Assembly: GCA_051531975.1 (NCBI GenBank)
Contig: JAOPTT010000005.1
Span: forward strand, 96,001-160,000
Reading direction: 5' to 3'
DNA length: 64,000 nucleotides
Source of the DNA: Spirochaetaceae bacterium
GTDB lineage: Bacteria; Spirochaetota; Spirochaetia; DSM-2461
The notes beneath the pieces are model-generated. The model searched no databases and was not told the origin of the DNA. It saw only the letters and a program-made list of their open reading frames with translations. Made by a program: the position numbers and the translations under genes. The first letter of the stretch is position 1; each line of letters begins with the position of its first letter. This document shows, in pieces, positions 1 through 8,943 of the stretch.

Positions 1-502
<502 letters not shown>

Positions 503-635
503 CTACTATAATAAATGAACTGCAAGTGTCTTAGAGTAATTAATTAAATATTTATCTATTAAAATTAATTGATTTTTTATAGTTGTTCTAACTCACTATA
601 ATTACATATAATAATGGATATAAGAGGTTTTAATA

Positions 636-1754
636 ATGAAGTTTTTAAGCATAGTAAAAGATGTTTTAACATCGCAAATTCAGATAGGGGAATATTTGTT
701 ACCATTTAACCCTCTAGATTTTATATTGAAGATATTATTACCTATTACGGCATCACTTATTTTATATAAAGTGATCAAAAATACTATTTTAAAATCGGTT
801 TCTAAATCAGGAATATCAGATTTAAAAAAAGATTCAGTAAAAAGATGGGTTACATTATCTCTTCGATTTATCCTGTTTACTTTGGCTGTGCTTTTTGTAA
901 TCAATTTACTAGGGGCCCGAATAACTGAATATCTATTAGCATTTGGAAATATTTTAACCCACCCTATAGTTGAAGATATCTCTATAACTACAATTATATT
1001 AATTCTTCCTATATTGTATTTAGCTAGACTATCAGGGAAGCTTGCAGCGAAATTTGCTAGTACTACAATTTTCCCATATTTAAAAATAAACTCGAGTACT
1101 ACAAATATGAACTTAACTATACTTAAAAATATAATTGTTGTACTTGTATTACTTTTTGGTCTCACTTTAATAGGTTTTAATTTATCCTTGTTATATGGTC
1201 TTTTTGGTATAATTGGTATTGGTATCGGTTTTGGTCTACAAGGTGCTGTTGCCAATCTATTTGCTGGACTTATTTTGTTAGCCACAAAACCTGTAAAAGT
1301 AGGGGATCATATTATTGTTGATGGAAAAGAGGGGGAATTAATTGAAATTAGATTTGTTAACTCTATTATTAGTACCATTGAACATGAGACTATTATAATT
1401 CCCAATACAAAATTAATTGATAACCCAGTTCATAACTACTCTTTTGATGATAGGTATATAAAAATTAAAAATAGTGTACAAGTATCTTATAATTCAGATG
1501 TAGAAGCCGCTTTGGAAATCTTAAAAAATATTAGTTTAAGTTGTCCCTATTTATTAGAAGAAAAACCTGTAGAGACTAGAGTTGTCTCATTTGATGATTC
1601 TGGTATTACTTTATTGGTAATAAGTTGGATAAATAACTCAGCGGAAAAATACAGTGCAATGTCATGGGTGAACTTGGAAATCTGGAAGGCCTTTAGAGAG
1701 AATGGAATCGAAATCCCATTCCCTCAATTAGATATTAGTTTAAAAAAGAACTAG
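636..1754 (+). CDS. Small-conductance mechanosensitive channel (MscS family)
   Basis: Several TM helices followed by GIGIGFGLQGAVANLFAG, KPVKVGDHI, IIIPN and a C-terminal GIEIPFPQ. Confidence 0.9.
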   Translation: MKFLSIVKDVLTSQIQIGEYLLPFNPLDFILKILLPITASLILYKVIKNTILKSVSKSGISDLKKDSVKRWVTLSLRFILFTLAVLFVINLLGARITEYLLAFGNILTHPIVEDISITTIILILPILYLARLSGKLAAKFASTTIFPYLKINSSTTNMNLTILKNIIVVLVLLFGLTLIGFNLSLLYGLFGIIGIGIGFGLQGAVANLFAGLILLATKPVKVGDHIIVDGKEGELIEIRFVNSIISTIEHETIIIPNTKLIDNPVHNYSFDDRYIKIKNSVQVSYNSDVEAALEILKNISLSCPYLLEEKPVETRVVSFDDSGITLLVISWINNSAEKYSAMSWVNLEIWKAFRENGIEIPFPQLDISLKKN

Positions 1755-1758
1755 TTTC

Positions 1759-2955
1759 CTAATAGCTTGTTTTTTTTAATAACACAGCTCTGAAGCCACG
1801 ATATTTTTTGTCTTCGACTGAGGTGAAACCTTTTGTCTCTTTTAATAAAATATGCATAGGAGAACTTTTTCCACATATAAAAAGTAACCCATCTTTTTTT
1901 AATAATTTTTTTGCTGTCTGTTTTATTTCACTATACCAATTAGCACCTGGTACAGGAGTAATCTCTACTCCTAGAAAGTCTAAGTCATCTTCTTCTTCAG
2001 TTTCTAACAGACAATCTATATAAGGGACATTTAATTGATTTGTATCCAAAATTTCTCTGTTTTTATTTAAGTTGTGCACTGTAATTTTATTTTGAAGAGT
2101 ATCTCTTCCAGCAACTGTTATTTTTCCAATCCCGTTTCCATCTTTTGTTGAAAGATATACAGGAATATGTCCCTGTCCTGGATTCAGATATAGAGCATTA
2201 CCTCTTATTTTATAAGATGATAACATCGCCAAACTTAATGTTGTAGAAAAGCTCAGTGAATCAAAGTCTGGTATATTATATACAGTATCCATTTTATATT
2301 TGCTTTCATCAAAATCAAATGTCTCTGAGTTTCTTACATAGACATTAAAGTTTTCTGTGTAATCTTTTGAAAACCCCGTGTAATGAAGAACTGTATACTG
2401 TTTGTTATACTCTTTATGTAGAATTTCACAACCAGCATTTTTTAGAGTAGATTCTGCAAACTTAGCTAAGGAAGCTACAATTACAACACAGCACTTTCCA
2501 TTTTCTGTTAAAAATGAACCAGACCGGGATAAAAAGTCGATTAATACTTTCTCTCCAGCTTTTGCAGGAATATTAGATAATAGAAGATCAAACTTTTTAT
2601 CTTCAACATCTTTTAGTGCTAAATCTACACTAAATGTAATATCTTCAATATTATTGAGTTCTGCATTTACTTTTGTGAATTCTACAGCCAATGAATCTCT
2701 ATCTTGAACAACAACTTCAGTAATATTAGGACACGATTTTTTTAAAGCAAGTCCAATTACACCAACACCACAGCCAACATCATATAGGCTCTTAATACCC
2801 TTCAGATCAGTCTCTTTTATAACTGTTTTTAATAACATGTTTGTCCCAGCATCTATACTAAAGCTACTAAACAATGCCTGTGATAAGTTAAAATTCAACT
2901 GCTGCTTATTGTAGTTTAAAACTACCTGTTTATTGATGTAATCTTTATGTTTCAT
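1759..2955 (-). CDS. Class I SAM-dependent methyltransferase (RsmC/MTS-like); intact N-terminal domain, degenerate C-terminal domain
   Basis: LFSSFSIDAGT, DVGCGVGVIG and LSNIPAKAG motifs in the N-terminal half. A second degenerate copy (LNPGQGHI) lies in the C-terminal half. Confidence 0.75.
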   Translation of the reverse strand: MKHKDYINKQVVLNYNKQQLNFNLSQALFSSFSIDAGTNMLLKTVIKETDLKGIKSLYDVGCGVGVIGLALKKSCPNITEVVVQDRDSLAVEFTKVNAELNNIEDITFSVDLALKDVEDKKFDLLLSNIPAKAGEKVLIDFLSRSGSFLTENGKCCVVIVASLAKFAESTLKNAGCEILHKEYNKQYTVLHYTGFSKDYTENFNVYVRNSETFDFDESKYKMDTVYNIPDFDSLSFSTTLSLAMLSSYKIRGNALYLNPGQGHIPVYLSTKDGNGIGKITVAGRDTLQNKITVHNLNKNREILDTNQLNVPYIDCLLETEEEDDLDFLGVEITPVPGANWYSEIKQTAKKLLKKDGLLFICGKSSPMHILLKETKGFTSVEDKKYRGFRAVLLKKTSY

Positions 2956-3524
2956 TATTTATTTATTCTTTCCTGGTACTCTTTAGTTTCTGTATTAATT
3001 CTAATTGTTTCACCCTGTTTAATAAATATAGGTACTTTAACAGTTAAACCTGTAACAACTTTTACAAATTTAGATGCTCCTTGAACAGTATCACCTTTAA
3101 CACCTTCTTCGGCTTCTGTAACTTCCATATCCATTTTAGGTGGTAGTTTAACTCCAAGTGTCTCTTCTTCCCATCTTACGACTTTGTAAGTATCACCTTC
3201 AATTAAAAACCATTTTTCTGTTTCTAGAGAATCACATGCAACATCAAATTGGTCAAAAGTTTCGTTATTCATAAATACATAGTTTTCACCATCAGTATAC
3301 AAATATTGGCAGCTTTGCTCTTCTACATCAATTTCCTCAAGATTATCTTGGGATTTATGAGTTATTTTAAGTGAAGCTCCGCTTCTTTGATCTTTTAATT
3401 TTATACGTACAAATGATGATCCTTTACCAGGATTAACAAATTCTCTCTCAACAACTAAATATGGAGTGTTTTTTTCTAATATAAACATTCCTTTTTCCAT
3501 AGTTCCAGCTTTTATCTGACCCAT
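2955..3524 (-). CDS. efp: Translation elongation factor P
   Basis: FVNPGKGSSFVR loop with the modifiable Lys, plus GVKGDT and VPIFIKQGE. Start placed at ATG 3524 after an AAGGA SD. Confidence 0.95.
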   Translation of the reverse strand: MGQIKAGTMEKGMFILEKNTPYLVVEREFVNPGKGSSFVRIKLKDQRSGASLKITHKSQDNLEEIDVEEQSCQYLYTDGENYVFMNNETFDQFDVACDSLETEKWFLIEGDTYKVVRWEEETLGVKLPPKMDMEVTEAEEGVKGDTVQGASKFVKVVTGLTVKVPIFIKQGETIRINTETKEYQERINK

Positions 3525-3549
3525 AATAATTCCTTTAAACAAAATTTCA

Positions 3550-4509
3550 TTAGATATTATCATGGTAGGGAAATAAAATCACCCCCTGAATATCCCCAGT
3601 ACCTAGTATTCCCATTATTAATCGATCTATTCCTATCGCTCCACCAGAACACTCAGGGAAGTGATTAAACAGTTCTGGATAATCCATATCAATCTTATGA
3701 TTTGATATACATTTTTTCCCAGCGTTGGCTTCTTCTAGAAAGAATCTTCTAATTTTAGAGGTATCGGTCTCTTCAGTATAACAGTTACCACACTCCATAC
3801 CACCTATATAAAGTTCCCATCTTTGTGACCAGGGCGTTCCACTAATTTCTTTAGCCAGTGTTTTTATATTGCTAGGGAAGTCTGTTAAAAAAAGGTTAAC
3901 ATCTGTTGGTAGATTTGGTTCTACAATATCTAGAAATATTCTGTTAAAAGCAGTTTCCCAGTCGTCGTTAATATCAGTGAAAATATTAAGTTCCTGTGCT
4001 TTAATATGTAATAATTTAATAGTGTGATTCTCTTTAAGGCTAAAACCCGCATATTTACTAAAAGCTTCTTCCATTGTTATTGTTTTATTAGTTTTAGATA
4101 GTTTTGAATCTTCAATATTTGAGTTTAAGTAGTTTAATAACTCTTTTGTTAACTCTAATGTATCTAGATGGTTATATCCCATTGTGTAATATTCGATCAT
4201 TGTAAATTCTGGATTATGCTGTTTCCCTGTCTGCTCAGAATTTCTAAAACACTTAGAAAATTCATATATATTGGTTTTGTATTCTGCTATAAATCTTTTT
4301 AACCAAATTTCTGGGGATGGTATAAGGTAACTGCTTTTATGTTTTTTAAAAGGATGAATATGTGTCGTTTCGAATATCTCAATAGTTGATTCTGGGATTA
4401 AACTAGGACTTAAAATTGGGGTTTCTACTTCCAAATAAAGTTTAGAATTAAAGAAGTTTCTAATACAACCAATAATCTGATTACGTTTTTTTATATTATC
4501 TATTGTCAT
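3550..4509 (-). CDS. epmA: EF-P lysyl (beta-lysyl) transferase, LysRS-II catalytic-core paralog
   Basis: EVETP, SPE, FRNSE..HNPEFTMIEYY, ECGNCYTE and GAIGIDRL motifs. No anticodon-binding domain. Adjacent to efp. Confidence 0.9.
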   Translation of the reverse strand: MTIDNIKKRNQIIGCIRNFFNSKLYLEVETPILSPSLIPESTIEIFETTHIHPFKKHKSSYLIPSPEIWLKRFIAEYKTNIYEFSKCFRNSEQTGKQHNPEFTMIEYYTMGYNHLDTLELTKELLNYLNSNIEDSKLSKTNKTITMEEAFSKYAGFSLKENHTIKLLHIKAQELNIFTDINDDWETAFNRIFLDIVEPNLPTDVNLFLTDFPSNIKTLAKEISGTPWSQRWELYIGGMECGNCYTEETDTSKIRRFFLEEANAGKKCISNHKIDMDYPELFNHFPECSGGAIGIDRLIMGILGTGDIQGVILFPYHDNI

Positions 4510-4532
4510 TATTATCCCCACACTGTTTGGGT

Positions 4533-4562
4533 AAAAAAAATCCGCCTATTAATAAGACGGAT
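4533..4562 (-). terminator. Intrinsic terminator of ferredoxin 1
   Basis: Minus strand ATCCGTCT-TATTAAT-AGGCGGAT followed by a T run, 5 nt after the stop codon. Confidence 0.8.
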
Positions 4563-4567
4563 ATTAA

Positions 4568-4741
4568 TTATGCTTGTACGATACAGTCAGTAGGACAAAC
4601 ATCACAACATGCACCACAATCAATACAGTCATCTGCAGCAATTGTTCTAGCATTGTTAGCTTCTGTTATACATTCTACTGGACATTCGCTGTCACAAGCA
4701 CCACAGTTGATACAATCAGCTGTATTTACTTTATAAGCCAC
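4568..4741 (-). CDS. 2[4Fe-4S] ferredoxin, 57 aa (copy 1)
   Basis: Not in the ORF track. GTG start after a GGGAGG SD. MAYKVNTADCINCGACDSECPVECITEANNARTIAADDCIDCGACCDVCPTDCIVQA contains two CxxCxxCxxxCP motifs. Confidence 0.95.
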   Translation of the reverse strand: MAYKVNTADCINCGACDSECPVECITEANNARTIAADDCIDCGACCDVCPTDCIVQA

Positions 4742-4807
4742 TTCGAGCCTCCCAGTTTTTTATTTACAATAAAGTAATACAGTGTTTAATTTTAATCAAT
4801 AGGGTAT

Positions 4808-4836
4808 AAAAAAACCGCCTTAAAAAAAGACGGTTT
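4808..4836 (-). terminator. Intrinsic terminator of ferredoxin 2
   Basis: Minus strand AAACCGTCTT-loop-AAGGCGGTTT followed by a T run. Same stem core as the copy-1 terminator. Confidence 0.8.
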
Positions 4837-4841
4837 AATAA

Positions 4842-5015
4842 TTATGCAGGATTGATACAGTCTGTAGGACAAACATCCGCGCATGCACCACAATCGATAC
4901 ACTCGTCTGCTGTTACAAAACTAACACCTTCAACTTCTGAAATACACTCTACAGGGCATTCGCCTCTACAAGCAGCACAGTTGATACAATCATCTGTAGT
5001 TACAAAATAAGCCAT
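4842..5015 (-). CDS. 2[4Fe-4S] ferredoxin, 57 aa (copy 2)
   Basis: Not in the ORF track. ATG after an AGGAGG SD. MAYFVTTDDCINCAACRGECPVECISEVEGVSFVTADECIDCGACADVCPTDCINPA. Confidence 0.95.
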   Translation of the reverse strand: MAYFVTTDDCINCAACRGECPVECISEVEGVSFVTADECIDCGACADVCPTDCINPA

Positions 5016-5170
5016 TTTGGCCTCCTATTCTATTAAAAATAATTACTAATAAGAATAGACTTACTATATGAGAAAATCAATGTCATTTAGAATATAAATA
5101 GTTTTTTTCTAATATTTTAGGTAATTGTAAAAAGTAGAAACTAATGATATCTTTTTAACAACTATATTTT

Positions 5171-6187
5171 ATGGAGAAACAGGTGGAAAAAAAAGTATTA
5201 TTAACAGGTATTAAACCTACAGGTGTCCCCCATTTAGGGAACTATTTTGGAGCTATAAAGCCCGCATTATCTAGATTGTCTGGAGATGATTACGATGCAA
5301 GATTATTTATTGCAGATTATCACTCTATAAATACAATTCGTGACCCTGAAGTATTAAGACAGTATGTCTATGAAGTTGCTGCTACCTGGCTCTCCTGTGG
5401 ATTAGACCCAAATAAAGCTCTTTTATATAAACAGTCTTCTGTTCCTGAAACATTAGAATTAAATACAATTCTTAATGCATTTACTGCAAAGGGATTAATG
5501 AATAGAGCTCATGCATATAAAGCCTCAGTTGATAAAAACAGAGCTAAAGATAAGCCAGATGACCATGCTATTAATATGGGATTATATACATATCCAATTT
5601 TAATGGCAGCGGATATTCTTCTTTTTGATACAAATGTTGTCCCTGTTGGAAAAGATCAGATCCAACACGTGGAGATGGCAGCTGATATTGCTCAGACTAT
5701 TAATCATAACTACAAAAAGCCTTTATTGACAATTCCAGAATATATAATAGATGAAGATACAAAAACTATTGTTGGTTTAGATGGAAGAAAAATGAGTAAA
5801 AGTTATGGGAATGCTATTGAACTGTTTTTACAGGAGAAAAAGCTTAAAAAGACTCTAAACAAGGTAGTAACCAATTCCCAGGAGATGGAAGAGGTTAAAG
5901 ACCCAGATGATTGTAATGTTTTTTCTTTATACAAAATCTTTGCCACTAAAGAGCAGCAAGAAACTTTAGCTGCTACTTATAGAGCTGGTGGGATGGGTTG
6001 GGGTCATGCAAAATCTGAACTTTTTGAAGTTGTAAATGCAGAGCTAAAACCAATTAGAGAAAAGTATTACGATTTAATGGAAAACAAAGATTACATAGAT
6101 GAAGTACTTAAAAAAGGTGCAACTAGTGCACGGGAGATTGCTTCTAAAAAAATATCTTTACTTAGAAGTGCAATCGGTATAGATTAA
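5171..6187 (+). CDS. trpS: Tryptophan--tRNA ligase
   Basis: TGIKPTG.PHLGNY (HIGH), YPILMAADIL, VPVGKDQ and KMSKS motifs. Confidence 0.97.
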   Translation: MEKQVEKKVLLTGIKPTGVPHLGNYFGAIKPALSRLSGDDYDARLFIADYHSINTIRDPEVLRQYVYEVAATWLSCGLDPNKALLYKQSSVPETLELNTILNAFTAKGLMNRAHAYKASVDKNRAKDKPDDHAINMGLYTYPILMAADILLFDTNVVPVGKDQIQHVEMAADIAQTINHNYKKPLLTIPEYIIDEDTKTIVGLDGRKMSKSYGNAIELFLQEKKLKKTLNKVVTNSQEMEEVKDPDDCNVFSLYKIFATKEQQETLAATYRAGGMGWGHAKSELFEVVNAELKPIREKYYDLMENKDYIDEVLKKGATSAREIASKKISLLRSAIGID

Positions 6188-6196
6188 TTTAATATT

Positions 6197-6221
6197 GCTG
6201 GGATGTTTATTCCCAGCTTTT
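6197..6221 (+). terminator. Hairpin terminator between convergent trpS and parE
   Basis: GCTGGGA-TGTTTAT-TCCCAGC followed by TTTT. Confidence 0.65.
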
Positions 6222-6513
6222 AAATAAGGGATTCAATATCTCTAAATCCATTCAATATTCTAACTATTTCTACTGCATCATGAGTTATCAAGTAAAATAT
6301 AATATATTTTTTATACGTTATACTTCTAACATTTAATCTAAGATAATCTCTGGTTCTTCCCTGTTTGGGAAAACTGCAAAGTTTTTCACACTGTGAGTGC
6401 AATTGATCTATAAAGTTATCTGCTATATTTGTGTTATCAGCTGATATATACTCCCAAATATCATATAAATCTAAAATAGCCTTATCAGAAATTATTAGCT
6501 TTAGTTTTTGCAT
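6220..6513 (-). CDS. RelE/ParE family type II toxin
   Basis: A..DL.DIWEYI..DN...AD.F, FPKQGR.R and YIIFY....VEIVRILNG.RD patterns. Confidence 0.9.
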   Translation of the reverse strand: MQKLKLIISDKAILDLYDIWEYISADNTNIADNFIDQLHSQCEKLCSFPKQGRTRDYLRLNVRSITYKKYIIFYLITHDAVEIVRILNGFRDIESLI

Positions 6514-6768
6514 CTATCGTTTTCTTGCATTTGTTTTTATATATTTTAATAAATTTTTATCGAACTGCCTAGATTTTCCTTCCTTTAGTTGATTTAAACC
6601 TATGTCTAATTCTACTCTAAGATCTTGTAGTACAGCATTTCTTTGTTCTTCTTTCTGTTTTAAGAGCCTTAAGCCTTCTCTGATTACTTCACTAGATGAA
6701 GAATATAATCCACTCTTTACTTTCTCAGATATCCACATATCAAATTCTGGTGTTAAAGAAACATTCAT
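6514..6768 (-). CDS. ParD-family (CC2985-type RHH) antitoxin
   Basis: MNVSLTPE...V.SG.YSSSSEVIREGLRLL. Start at ATG 6768 after AGGAG. Directly upstream of the toxin. Confidence 0.9.
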   Translation of the reverse strand: MNVSLTPEFDMWISEKVKSGLYSSSSEVIREGLRLLKQKEEQRNAVLQDLRVELDIGLNQLKEGKSRQFDKNLLKYIKTNARKR

Positions 6769-6787
6769 GATATTACTCCTACTAATA

Positions 6788-6816
6788 AGAATAGAATCGA
6801 TAACAGTTATTGTCAA
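6788..6816 (-). promoter_or_regulatory. Sigma70-type promoter of parDE with a palindromic operator
   Basis: TTGACA-17 nt-TATTCT on the minus strand. The palindrome ATAAC-T-GTTAT (6800-6810) lies in the spacer. Confidence 0.6.
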
Positions 6817-8174
6817 TTATTGTTATTGGTGAATTCTTTCTTTCCTATAATTTCTGCAACTATTCCTATTATTATTTGACCAATAGCTAAACCTACTATC
6901 ATTCCTCTAAAACCACCAATATTAGCTCCTAAATATAAAAACGGTATTAAAATTAATAGTGTTCCTATACTGTTTAATATAAGAGATATCTTAGGTTTTC
7001 CAATGGCAACTAAACCTTCTGATAACCAGTTATATAAATTTAGCCCTACAGAACCAACCATTATTATAACCAAATAGTTTCCTATATATGTTATAACCTG
7101 TTCATCTGTAGAAAAGATACCACCTAATTGTCTCCAAAAAAGAGCAGCAAGTGCTGTTAATATTACACCATATACTATAGCAATCTTTATTATTAGTTTT
7201 CTAGATTCTTCGACTCTTTCTAGCTTTCCAGCACCATAATTTTGTCCCATTATTGGTATTAAACTAACACCAACAGCCATACTAATTATAGCAGAAAAAC
7301 TCTCAATTCTACTTGCGGCTGCAATAGCTGCAACTGCAGTTGTTCCTCCTACAGTCGCTGCAAGTTTTGTTAAAAACCCTCTTACTAATTGGGGCAATAA
7401 CCGTACTAAAGCACCAGGAATTCCAATGGAGAGAATATTTTTCCATGAATCTAGTAGTTCCTTAAATGAGTTATACTTAAAATCGATTAGTTTATATTTA
7501 AAGTGCACAAAAGATAGAGAGACTATCATACCACTAGCTCTAGCAATTAACGTTGCAAAAGCTGCTCCTTTTATCCCCAAGTTTAGACCGTTAATGTTAA
7601 TATTAAAAATAGTGAAGTTATCGAAGATAAAAATTGGATCTAATATAAAGTTAACACCGGCACAAACTAACATAACATAAAATGGTCTCTTCATGTCTCC
7701 TATGGCTCTCATACAGGAGTCACTAACTGGTGGCATTACTATAAAAATAACACCAGAATACCACACAACCATATATTGTTTTATTAATGGAATTATATTC
7801 TCTTCAGCACCTAATACTCTAAATAAAGGAGTTATAGTTGTTAATCCAAAGATTGAGATTATTGCAACAGCCATTATGGATAATAAAATCCCATCGGTTG
7901 CAATTCTATTCATTAAATGATGGTCTTTTTTACCCACTGCTCTAGCTAAAATAGAACCTGCACCCATACTTATTCCAGATGAAATAGCGCCAATTACCAT
8001 CACTATGGGAAAGGTAAAACCCATAGCAGCTAAGGAGTTTACACCTAGTTTAGAAACAAAAAAGGTATCTGTTATATTAAAGAGGATTATAGCCAACATT
8101 CCACCCATATTAGGCAGTGCTAACCTGATCATATGTTTTTTAATATCACCTTGTAGTAGATCTGTTTTACTCAT
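6813..8174 (-). CDS. MATE family efflux transporter
   Basis: DTFFVSKLG..SLAAMG, RAIGD.K.P, NFILDPIFI, GAA.ATL and GQNYGAG motifs; about 12 TM helices. Likely start is ATG 8174 after GGGGAG. Confidence 0.92.
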   Translation of the reverse strand: MSKTDLLQGDIKKHMIRLALPNMGGMLAIILFNITDTFFVSKLGVNSLAAMGFTFPIVMVIGAISSGISMGAGSILARAVGKKDHHLMNRIATDGILLSIMAVAIISIFGLTTITPLFRVLGAEENIIPLIKQYMVVWYSGVIFIVMPPVSDSCMRAIGDMKRPFYVMLVCAGVNFILDPIFIFDNFTIFNININGLNLGIKGAAFATLIARASGMIVSLSFVHFKYKLIDFKYNSFKELLDSWKNILSIGIPGALVRLLPQLVRGFLTKLAATVGGTTAVAAIAAASRIESFSAIISMAVGVSLIPIMGQNYGAGKLERVEESRKLIIKIAIVYGVILTALAALFWRQLGGIFSTDEQVITYIGNYLVIIMVGSVGLNLYNWLSEGLVAIGKPKISLILNSIGTLLILIPFLYLGANIGGFRGMIVGLAIGQIIIGIVAEIIGKKEFTNNNN

Positions 8175-8176
8175 AA

Positions 8177-8203
8177 ATAAACTCCCCGTAGTAGGGAGTT
8201 TAT
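8177..8203 (-). promoter_or_regulatory. Perfect 10-bp hairpin containing the MATE Shine-Dalgarno sequence
   Basis: ATAAACTCCC-N7-GGGAGTTTAT ends 2 nt before the ATG. Confidence 0.5.
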
Positions 8204-8242
8204 AGAAAGGTACAGTTATATACAATTACAATCTTTAGTAAA

Positions 8243-8932
8243 TTAAAGGTTAAATCGATATCCAATTCCCCATAGTGTTTCAATATATATGGGATTTGAA
8301 GGATCAGATTCAATTTTCTCTCTTATTTTTCTTATGTGTACTGTAATTGTAGAAATGTCTCCATAAGAATCTCCCCATATTTTGTCAAATATATCCTGTT
8401 TAGAGTGTACAATGTTTGGGTTTGACATTAATAAATAGAGTATCTCAAATTCTTTAGAAGTTAATATTATGTTATCACCATTATGAATAACACTTTTGTA
8501 TGCATTATTTAATATTAAACCTCTAATTGAAATTGAGTCTAATGTAGATTTAGTATCTTTCCCTATTAACTTATCATGCCGGTTTATATGGGCTTTAACT
8601 CTAGCAACTAATTCACTTGGGCTGAAAGGTTTAGTCATGTAATCATCTGCACCTAGACCTAAGCCCCTTATTTTATCAAATTCCTCTTTTTTGGCACTAA
8701 CCATTAATACCGGGGTTTCTTTTGTTTTTCTAAAATCCCTAAGGATTGAAAAACCATCTTGATTTGGTAACATTACATCTAGAATTATTAAAACATAATC
8801 GTTTTTTTGTGCAAGAGCTAGTCCTATTTTACCGTCAGATTCAATTTCAACATCAAATCCATCAGCTTCAAGGTAGTCCCTTTGTAGTTCAGCTATGCTT
8901 ATATCATCTTCGATTATTAAAATCTTGTTCAT
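8243..8932 (-). CDS. OmpR-family response regulator
   Basis: REC domain (IIEDD, LDVMLP, GADDYMTKPF) plus a winged helix (TVHIRKIREK, TLWGIGYRF). Confidence 0.95.
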   Translation of the reverse strand: MNKILIIEDDISIAELQRDYLEADGFDVEIESDGKIGLALAQKNDYVLIILDVMLPNQDGFSILRDFRKTKETPVLMVSAKKEEFDKIRGLGLGADDYMTKPFSPSELVARVKAHINRHDKLIGKDTKSTLDSISIRGLILNNAYKSVIHNGDNIILTSKEFEILYLLMSNPNIVHSKQDIFDKIWGDSYGDISTITVHIRKIREKIESDPSNPIYIETLWGIGYRFNL

Positions 8933-8943
8933 AGTATTGTCTC

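Noticed and set aside
680..1285. 201-aa minus-strand ORF, and the many other short ORFs antisense to or nested in longer genes
   Set aside because: Shadows of well-supported genes with no recognisable motifs.
3550..4509. Truncated lysyl-tRNA synthetase pseudogene
   Set aside because: Length, missing anticodon domain and adjacency to efp fit EpmA.
4503..4777. Two plus-strand ORFs (77 and 67 aa) in the ORF track
   Set aside because: Antisense to the real ferredoxin gene, which has an SD, Fe-S motifs and a terminator.
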